Of a DNA stretch of 64,000 nucleotides, positions 57,381 to 64,000 are shown one piece after another. A model generated the notes under the pieces. The model was not told the DNA's origin. It saw nothing but the letters and a program-made list of their open reading frames with translations, and searched no databases. Each line of letters begins with the position of its first letter. Position 1 is the stretch's first letter. The stretch is from an uncultured Bacteroidales bacterium (GTDB taxonomy: Bacteria > Bacteroidota > Bacteroidia > Bacteroidales > FEN-979). The position numbers were made by a program, and so were the translations under genes. The stretch is from assembly GCA_903945175.1 (NCBI GenBank), contig CAJAUM010000115.1, positions 975 through 64,974 of the forward strand. Reading direction: 5' to 3'.

Positions 57381-57738
57381 TGATTGAAATTTCTCTGTGT
57401 GTTAATTCTTTTTGTTTCTTTCTCATTAGCAATTCTGATGCAATTACAATTTGAGTGTTATCAGGAGTTTCATATTCCTTGCAATAGATACGATCATTTT
57501 CCTGCCCCGGGAAAAATTTCATCGCTGTTACACCTTTTGTTCGGTGGTCTATTTCTTCTTTTGAATAGATCTGATAATTTGAGTGACCGATTAACAATAA
57601 ATCACAGATAAACCTGAATTTTTTAATGTGTCTTGGATCTTGCCTGATATAATCAAATATTTCACCAGAATTGATTTCATCAATATAAATATGTCTTTTA
57701 TTATCCGGAGAACTATCAAATAATATACATTTCTGCAT
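57337..57738 (-). CDS. RelE/HigB (phage Gp49-like) toxin candidate
   Basis: GVTAMKFFPGQENDRIYCKEY...IVIASELLMRKKQKELTHREISIIEKA resembles the Gp49/HigB pattern (R-I-x-Y ... KKtqk ... A). The toxin-first gene order is as in higBA. Confidence 0.5.
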   Translation of the reverse strand: MQKCILFDSSPDNKRHIYIDEINSGEIFDYIRQDPRHIKKFRFICDLLLIGHSNYQIYSKEEIDHRTKGVTAMKFFPGQENDRIYCKEYETPDNTQIVIASELLMRKKQKELTHREISIIEKAGSYAYEIPEF

Positions 57739-58047
57739 ACAAAATTAAGCTATAGGTTAATTATATCCAAATTTTAATTGCATAATTTGCGAATTGAAGG
57801 AATCTCTTAATCAGGAAAAAGAGAAAAGGTAATACACCCCGTTGATTAAAAATGAAAATTTTTAAGACAATCGCAGTAAAACCCCCTTGAAATTAATAAA
57901 GCGTTGAAAAGTTTGCCGGATTATGGCCAGGGACTGTTAATCGGGGAAACAAGAAATTAAATTGATTTCCAATCAGGATAGTTATTCTTTGACAATGCCT
58001 GATAGAAGTTGGAAATATCATTGGTGTTTATTTATTTATCTCAATTC

Positions 58048-58338
58048 TTAAAATTTTATAAATTTATCAAACCCGGGCGCAAAGCTCCTTGGTTCGAATT
58101 CAATAAAAAAATATTCTGCGACCCCATGAATTACATATGGGTCGTTTTTCATGATCTCACGCGCTTCTGCTTTGCTTTCAGTATTCATCAGGATGAATCC
58201 GCCGGTTCGCGGTATCTGCGGGCCGGAACAGATGGCAATTCCTTTTTCATAAAATGTTTTCAGAAATGCACGATGTGCTTCGAGATGTTTGTCCACCTCT
58301 TCAATGGGCCTAACGTAGACTGAATGGATCGCGACCAT
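58048..58338 (-). CDS. YciI-family protein
   Basis: 96 aa. HRAFLKTFYEKGIAICSGPQIPRTGGFILMN...DPYVIHGVAEY matches the YCII pattern. Confidence 0.75.
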   Translation of the reverse strand: MVAIHSVYVRPIEEVDKHLEAHRAFLKTFYEKGIAICSGPQIPRTGGFILMNTESKAEAREIMKNDPYVIHGVAEYFFIEFEPRSFAPGFDKFIKF

Positions 58339-58465
58339 AAAATTAATTTTGCTGCAAATTTATTGGAATTATCGTTCCAAATCACGCTGTCATGGTGTCA
58401 ATGCCCGGTCAGGGCTGGGGGAATCCTTGCTGTGTGTGGGTGAAAAAAAACAGTATTTTTGCAGT

Positions 58466-60181
58466 ATGAAAAATTTTTCGACCCAAGTCTTGATTTTTAT
58501 GGCCATTCTTTTGATCGGCCCTTTGGCATCCTACAATCAAAATGTGCGCATTCCTGCTGCTCAAAAAGCAAGAATGCACCAGGAAGTTCCCGATCAAAAA
58601 TATCAGGCGCCATCGGCAGAGACAAAAAAAACCTCTCCGGCTCCCCTTCTGAAAAGTACCGGGTTTTTTACGGCACAGGTCAATGTGGATGCAAACGGAG
58701 ACAATATTCTCGGGGATGCAGCCAACGAACCATCCATTGCTGTTGACCCGACCAATCCCAACCATATCGTCATCGGGTGGCGGCAATTTGACGATGTGAA
58801 CAATAATTTCAGACAGGCAGGGTATGGCTATTCAACCGATGGCGGAATGAGCTGGACATTTCCTGGGGTAATTGAAGCGGGTATTTTCCGGTCAGATCCC
58901 GTACTCGACTTTGATGCGGAAGGAAACTTTTATTATAACAGCCTGACAAGTAATTCAGGTGTTTATACATGCAAGGTATTTAAAAGCACCAATGGCGGTG
59001 CCTCATGGGATTTGGGAACCGAAGCCCGCGGAGGAGACAAACAATGGATGACGATCGACCGTACCACCGGGCCGGGTAGTGGAAATATCTATTCCTTCTG
59101 GACCTCTTACTTCAGTTCATGCCAGCCTGGGTTTTTCACCCGCTCGGCCAATGCAGGCGAGAGCTATGAAAATTGTGTGACCGTGACCGGCAGCCCCTAT
59201 TGGGGCACCATGGCGGTTGGACCGTCAGGAGCATTGTACATTGCAGGAGTCGGTGCTTTAGAAGGCATCACCGTTGCAAAATCTATCAATGCACAAACCC
59301 CCGGATCAACAATTTCATGGGGTTATCCATCTTCCGCTGATGTAGATGGAAATATCGTGGGGCAGGATCCAATCAACCCGGTTGGCATCCTAGGTCAGGC
59401 GAATATTGACGTTGATTGTTCCAATGGTCCTGGCCGTGGCAATGTTTACGTCATGGCCTCCGTTGCCCGGCAGTCAGTGACTGATCCCGCTGATGTAATG
59501 TTCGCTAAAAGCACGGATGGCGGGCTTACATTCGGTCCTGCGCAACGTCTCAATACCGATGTAAGTACCAGTAATTACCAGTGGTTCGGGACCATGTCGG
59601 TAGCGCCAAACGGGCGGATTGATGTAATCTGGCTCGATACACGAGATGCTCCTTATACCGGTTCCTATTTATCGGCGCTCTATTATTGTTATTCTGATAA
59701 TCAGGGACAAACATGGTCGATCAACAAAAAACTCTCTGAGCTGTTTGACCCAAAGGTGGGATATCCACAGCAGGAAAAAATGGGAGATTATTTCGATATG
59801 GTATCTGATGACGAAGGGGCACATCTCGCCTGGGCCAACACCCTGAACGGAGAGCAGGATGTCTATTATACACACATAATTCCCACGATTGTCGGCCTGG
59901 ATGAAGGACTGTTGAATCCGGACCCTCTTTCGCTATCATGTTATCCCAATCCATTCCGGGATCAAACGACCATCCGGTATCAAATCCCTGAGGATTGCAT
60001 GGTGAAGGTGGCAATATGCAACCTGTATGGCGCAGAAGTGAGCGTACTGGTCGATAAATTTCAACCAACGGGCAGCTACAACGTGGCATTTTCCGATGAA
60101 CTCCTGCCTGCAGGGTTTTATTTATGCCGGGTGTCTGCTGGTTCACACAACGAAACCTCCAGGTTGGTGAAGTTGAAATAG
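58466..60181 (+). CDS. BNR/Asp-box repeat (sialidase-fold-like) secreted protein with a T9SS C-terminal sorting domain
   Basis: Signal peptide from the ATG at 58466. Asp-boxes STDGGMSW, STNGGASW, SDNQGQTW. C-terminal CYPNPFRDQTTIRY...GFYLCRV is a Por tail. Confidence 0.75.
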   Translation: MKNFSTQVLIFMAILLIGPLASYNQNVRIPAAQKARMHQEVPDQKYQAPSAETKKTSPAPLLKSTGFFTAQVNVDANGDNILGDAANEPSIAVDPTNPNHIVIGWRQFDDVNNNFRQAGYGYSTDGGMSWTFPGVIEAGIFRSDPVLDFDAEGNFYYNSLTSNSGVYTCKVFKSTNGGASWDLGTEARGGDKQWMTIDRTTGPGSGNIYSFWTSYFSSCQPGFFTRSANAGESYENCVTVTGSPYWGTMAVGPSGALYIAGVGALEGITVAKSINAQTPGSTISWGYPSSADVDGNIVGQDPINPVGILGQANIDVDCSNGPGRGNVYVMASVARQSVTDPADVMFAKSTDGGLTFGPAQRLNTDVSTSNYQWFGTMSVAPNGRIDVIWLDTRDAPYTGSYLSALYYCYSDNQGQTWSINKKLSELFDPKVGYPQQEKMGDYFDMVSDDEGAHLAWANTLNGEQDVYYTHIIPTIVGLDEGLLNPDPLSLSCYPNPFRDQTTIRYQIPEDCMVKVAICNLYGAEVSVLVDKFQPTGSYNVAFSDELLPAGFYLCRVSAGSHNETSRLVKLK

Positions 60182-60247
60182 GGTCATCATTCTCCAAAGG
60201 TGGACCATTTTTTTTATCTTTACGCCTGAACCCTTCACCTGTACCTT

Positions 60248-61618
60248 ATGCTTCATCCAAAACGCCTACTGAACGCATTTTTCATCTCCCTTACCCTGGC
60301 TGTCATTGTTCACCTGGCCGATCATTTTACCGTATTGGAACTCCCGGGATGGTTGCTGTTAATCCTTCGCTGGATCCCGCTGATCATCTATTTCCTCTAT
60401 GCCATCACCAAAAGGAAGCTGACCACCTGGATTTTCGTAAGCATGTTGGCCGGGGTGGAGTTTGGACATGATTTGCCTATGGTGGCCAAAGAGCTGAACC
60501 TTGTCAGCCAGATCTTCATCCACCTGGTGAAAACCATAATTGCACCACTGATTTTTGCAACCCTGGTGACAGGAATTGCAGGTCATGCCAATCTCAAACA
60601 GGTTGGCCGCATGGGATGGAAATCGCTGGTATACTTTGAGGTGGTATCTACCATTGCACTCTTCATCGGGCTGGCAGCCATTAATCTCAGCGGAGCAGGA
60701 ATGGGCGTGGTAGTGCCTCCTGAAATGACCAAAGGAACGCTACCGGAGGTACATTCTCAGAGTTGGCAGGATGTAATACTTCATGTTTTTCCGGAGAATA
60801 TAGCGAAGTCAATTGCAGAGGGGCAGGTTTTGCAGATTGTTGTGTTCAGCATCTTGTTCGGCATTGCCCTGGCAATGGTCAAGGAGCAATACCGTTCACC
60901 CATGTTGCGGTTTACTGAATCACTCACCGCCGTGATGTTCAAGTTCACCAACATCATCATGCTTTTTGCCCCGTTTGCCGTCTTCTCCGCCCTTGCATAC
61001 AGTGTTGGACATATGGGGCTGAATGTACTTGTAAACCTGTTTGAATTGCTGGCAACCCTTTACGTAGCGTTGCTTGTTTTCATATTTGTTGTGCTGCTTC
61101 CCATTATGCTTGTGTTGAAGATCCCGGTGAAGAAGTTCATCAAAGCCATTGCCGAACCCGCCACCATTGCCTTTGCAACAACAAGTAGCGAATCGGCCCT
61201 GCCACGGGCCATGGAAAACATGGAGCAATTCGGCGTTCCGCGGAAAATAGTCTCCTTTGTCATGCCTACTGGTTATAGTTTTAACCTGGATGGCACAACC
61301 CTTTATCTTGCGATGGCATCAATCTTTGTAGCTAACATGGCGGGAATTCATCTCTCATTCGAAACCCAGATCGTGATGATGCTAACGCTGATGCTTACAA
61401 GCAAGGGTGTGGCGGCTGTTCCCCGTGCATCCCTTGTCATTCTCCTGGGCACAGCAGCCAGCTTTGGCCTTCCGGTCTGGCCTATTTTTATCATTCTGGG
61501 GATTGATGAATTAATGGACATGGCCCGCACGGCCATCAATGTGATTGGAAACTGCCTGGCCACCGTGGTGGTGGCAAAATGGGAGGGTGAATTTGACAAT
61601 GAAAAGGCAGGCTCATGA
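60248..61618 (+). CDS. Dicarboxylate/amino acid:cation symporter (DAACS/GltP family)
   Basis: TSSESALP and PTGYSFNLDGT motifs. About 8 TM helices plus hairpins. Confidence 0.9.
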   Translation: MLHPKRLLNAFFISLTLAVIVHLADHFTVLELPGWLLLILRWIPLIIYFLYAITKRKLTTWIFVSMLAGVEFGHDLPMVAKELNLVSQIFIHLVKTIIAPLIFATLVTGIAGHANLKQVGRMGWKSLVYFEVVSTIALFIGLAAINLSGAGMGVVVPPEMTKGTLPEVHSQSWQDVILHVFPENIAKSIAEGQVLQIVVFSILFGIALAMVKEQYRSPMLRFTESLTAVMFKFTNIIMLFAPFAVFSALAYSVGHMGLNVLVNLFELLATLYVALLVFIFVVLLPIMLVLKIPVKKFIKAIAEPATIAFATTSSESALPRAMENMEQFGVPRKIVSFVMPTGYSFNLDGTTLYLAMASIFVANMAGIHLSFETQIVMMLTLMLTSKGVAAVPRASLVILLGTAASFGLPVWPIFIILGIDELMDMARTAINVIGNCLATVVVAKWEGEFDNEKAGS

Positions 61619-63039
61619 AAATTCTTCTCACAGGTTCCACAGGTTATATCGCCAAACGTCTATTGCCGGTTTTGCTGGCAAACAGACATGAAGTAGTTTG
61701 TTGTGTCAGGGATATCAACCGGTTTGAAACGAGCCGTTTTCACAGCGACAAACTGCATGTTGTCGAAGTTGATTTTTTAATTGAAGAAGAATTAAAAAGG
61801 ATTCCTGAAGATATTGATGTCGCCTACTACCTGATTCATTCCATGGCGACTACCCGTGGAAAGTTTGAGGAAATGGAGGCCATTTCTGCCGGGAATTTTA
61901 AGAGGCGGATTGAGCAAACCAAGGTAAAACAAGTCATCTATCTTAGTGGCATCGTCAACGAAAAACAGCTATCAAAACATCTTTCCTCACGAAAAAATGT
62001 TGAAGAAATTCTGACCTCAGAAGTTTATGCCCTGACCACCCTTAAAGCTGGGATCATTGTCGGATCAGGCAGCGCCTCCTTTGAAATTATCCGTGACCTG
62101 GTCGAAAAATTACCCGTTATGATCGCTCCGAAATGGTTGGGGACTAGATGCCAGCCCATCTCGATACGGAACGTTGTGCAATATTTATCGGGTGTTATGC
62201 TGAAACGGGAAACCTTCAGTAAAAGCTATGATATTGGCGGTCCGGATATACTTACCTATAAAGAGATGTTACTCCGCTTTGCCCGCATACGTGGTTTACG
62301 CAGATGGATCGGGATCATGCCGATAATGACTGCCAGGTTATCTTCCTATTGGCTCTATTTTGTAACGTCCATTTCCTACCCGTTGGCCACCAAACTGGTA
62401 AACAGTATGAAGGTAGAGGTTGTGTGTAAAGACAATGAACTGGAAAAGATGCTTGGGATCGTTCCAATCTCCTATGATAAATCCATCGAACTGGCTTTCG
62501 ACCGGATTGAGCAGCACCAAGTGCTGTCAAGCTGGAAAGATGCGCAGACCAGTACAAAACTTGAAAAGGGATTGTCGAACTTTATTGAGGTGCCGGTGTT
62601 TGGATGTTATAGTGATATCAGGAAACGAAAAGTATCTGATTCCCGAAAGGCTTTGGAAAGAATCTGGTCCATCGGCGGGGAAAATGGATGGTACTATGCT
62701 GATTTGCTATGGAATATCAGGGGTTTTATTGACAAAATGGTTGGCGGGGTAGGCATTCGCAGGGGAAGAACCAGTCCTGAAGAAATTGCAGCCGGTGACG
62801 CCCTTGATTTCTGGAGGGTCATTTATGCTGATAAAAAGGAAAAGAGATTTTTACTTTATGCTGAAATGAAGCTTCCCGGAGAGGCATGGCTCGAATTTAC
62901 CATCGACCGGGATAATATCCTTAATCAAACGGCGACATTTCGCCCGACTGGCATATGGGGAAGGCTTTACTGGCTTTCACTGTTTCCATTCCATGCCGTG
63001 ATATTCAGAGGAATGATACGGAATATAGCCAAGCCCTGA
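61615..63039 (+). CDS. NAD(P)H-binding (NmrA/SDR-like) protein fused to a DUF2867-like C-terminal domain
   Basis: MKILLTGSTGYIAKRLL Rossmann start. The C-terminal half (GENGWYYADLLWNIRG...) resembles DUF2867. Confidence 0.75.
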   Translation: MKILLTGSTGYIAKRLLPVLLANRHEVVCCVRDINRFETSRFHSDKLHVVEVDFLIEEELKRIPEDIDVAYYLIHSMATTRGKFEEMEAISAGNFKRRIEQTKVKQVIYLSGIVNEKQLSKHLSSRKNVEEILTSEVYALTTLKAGIIVGSGSASFEIIRDLVEKLPVMIAPKWLGTRCQPISIRNVVQYLSGVMLKRETFSKSYDIGGPDILTYKEMLLRFARIRGLRRWIGIMPIMTARLSSYWLYFVTSISYPLATKLVNSMKVEVVCKDNELEKMLGIVPISYDKSIELAFDRIEQHQVLSSWKDAQTSTKLEKGLSNFIEVPVFGCYSDIRKRKVSDSRKALERIWSIGGENGWYYADLLWNIRGFIDKMVGGVGIRRGRTSPEEIAAGDALDFWRVIYADKKEKRFLLYAEMKLPGEAWLEFTIDRDNILNQTATFRPTGIWGRLYWLSLFPFHAVIFRGMIRNIAKP

Positions 63040-63049
63040 TTTTCAAAAG

Positions 63050-63799
63050 CTACTTGATATCGCTGGCTTTTGCTTCTTCCATGATGACATCATAGGCATA
63101 GCCGGAACCGAAATCTTTGTTCAGGTTGATGATCCCTTTAAAAGTAACCGTGTTGCCAACTGCAACGCTGTCCAAGGTGGTCACTGTAAGGTCGAATAGA
63201 TCTGAAAATTCAGTGCCATCCTGGATATGTGCCCAGTTTTTGTTCATCACAACGGGATTGTACCTGACTACCTTGCCGCGAATGGTTACCATCTTCCCTG
63301 CATAGGTAGTTTTATTTTTATAAAGTTCCGAAATGGTGATCCCGCCATTTGGCCTCTCTACAGAAATTTCGGACCAACGAACGATTTTTACCTTTTTGGG
63401 TGTCAATTCCTGTTGAGATGCAGCCTGGGTCGCTACAAGCTTATTACTGGGATCATCTACAAAAAAGATCGAAGGAAAGGTGCGTCCCAACTCCTTGCTC
63501 ACAAAATCTTTCATTTCAGAAGCCCTGGTATAGTAAACTGAATCCCCTGTCTTGATATCAACCTTCACAATGGCAATCCAGAATTTATTTTTATTTTCTT
63601 CAACCTGGAGGTAGGTATAGTTTGTCGTTTGAATGACCTCAATCACGCTGACGCCATGGGTGCCGGGAGGCAGCGTCGGCGCCTTGCTGTTTTCACCACT
63701 TCGGTAAAAGAGTGTTACAATAAAAAATATTCCAAGTATGGCCAGAAGGACGATAAGAATTATTTTGCTTTTATTCATAAAAGTGAATGGTTTATTCAT
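63050..63799 (-). CDS. Hypothetical membrane-anchored protein with two OB-fold-like halves
   Basis: 249 aa with an N-terminal TM helix (IILIVLLAILGIFFIVTLF). It lies 41 nt downstream of the cytochrome c gene fragment. No family recognised. Confidence 0.5.
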   Translation of the reverse strand: MNKPFTFMNKSKIILIVLLAILGIFFIVTLFYRSGENSKAPTLPPGTHGVSVIEVIQTTNYTYLQVEENKNKFWIAIVKVDIKTGDSVYYTRASEMKDFVSKELGRTFPSIFFVDDPSNKLVATQAASQQELTPKKVKIVRWSEISVERPNGGITISELYKNKTTYAGKMVTIRGKVVRYNPVVMNKNWAHIQDGTEFSDLFDLTVTTLDSVAVGNTVTFKGIINLNKDFGSGYAYDVIMEEAKASDIK

Positions 63800-63840
63800 G
63801 TTTAGAGCGCAAAGATAGATATTTATTCATTGCACATCCC

Positions 63841-63999
63841 CTATTCAGTTCTAATGGTGTTATTCATCATTTTGCCGGCATTTCCAGTCGGGTGACAGTT
63901 GTAACAGGCGGCACTGTTATAAGAATATCCTGAAACGCCCTGATGGTCATTGTTTGTAGAGCTTTGTGGGTGACAGGAGGTGGTGCAGGTAAACACCGC
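63841..63999 (-). CDS. c-type (multi)heme cytochrome, C-terminal fragment (gene continues beyond the window)
   Basis: My own minus-strand translation: AVFTCTTSCHPQSSTNNDHQGVSGYSYNSAACYNCHPTGNAGKMMNNTIRTE*. It has one CxxCH (CYNCH) and one CxxxCH (CTTSCH) heme-binding motif. Too short for the ORF track. Confidence 0.45.
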   Translation of the reverse strand, partial: AVFTCTTSCHPQSSTNNDHQGVSGYSYNSAACYNCHPTGNAGKMMNNTIRTE

Positions 64000-64000
64000 A

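Noticed and set aside
58454-58461. TAnnTTTG motif 5 nt before the BNR-protein ATG (and a similar one at 57740-57747, 1 nt before the HigB-like ATG)
   Set aside because: They are too close to the start codons to serve as -7 elements unless the mRNAs are leaderless or the starts are wrong. I did not call them promoters.

Overview
This is a chromosomal, mostly housekeeping 64-kb window. It looks Bacteroidota-type: two proteins carry T9SS C-terminal sorting domains, many operons have TAnnTTTG -7 promoter motifs 19-62 nt upstream, the nuo operon has 11 genes and no nuoEFG, the atp operon is atpBEFHAG without atpDC, and there is a LytTR regulator with a beta-propeller/Y_Y_Y sensor kinase. In order, the window holds an ArnT-like membrane protein, a SprT-like protein, a DUF4258/DUF2283 pair, mlaEF, cvpA, glycan-envelope genes (GT4, GT2, deacetylase, O-antigen-ligase-like) interleaved with pgk and a nitrilase-family amidase, a lipid kinase, ispG, tsaB and a TolC plus HlyD-adaptor pair. 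Then come atpBEFHAG, a T9SS-sorted cupredoxin, ferritin, DUF3109, an EFR1-type flavodoxin/ferredoxin membrane fusion, a cyclase, the LytTR two-component pair and nuoABCDHIJKLMN. The last third holds a PstS-like/TPR/exbB-exbD-exbD-tonB cluster, pirin, a complete hdrCBA-flxDCBA (Flx-Hdr) cluster, a HigB-like/XRE pair, YciI, a BNR/T9SS protein, a DAACS symporter, an SDR/DUF2867 protein and the 3' end of a c-type cytochrome gene. I found no tRNA, rRNA, CRISPR, transposase, integrase or recognisable defence island. The most unusual signal is a dispersed family of heptanucleotide tandem arrays, with nine arrays or array pairs. Three are in-frame inside ispG, tsaB and flxB. Several supply or abut stop codons (atpB, flxB, tonB, nuoK). 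One inverted pair brackets a four-helix-bundle gene (23S rRNA IVS-protein/Avd family) inserted inside the flx operon, and another forms a gene-less terminator-like hairpin inside the nuo operon. All functional calls rest on motif recognition by eye; no database search was run.
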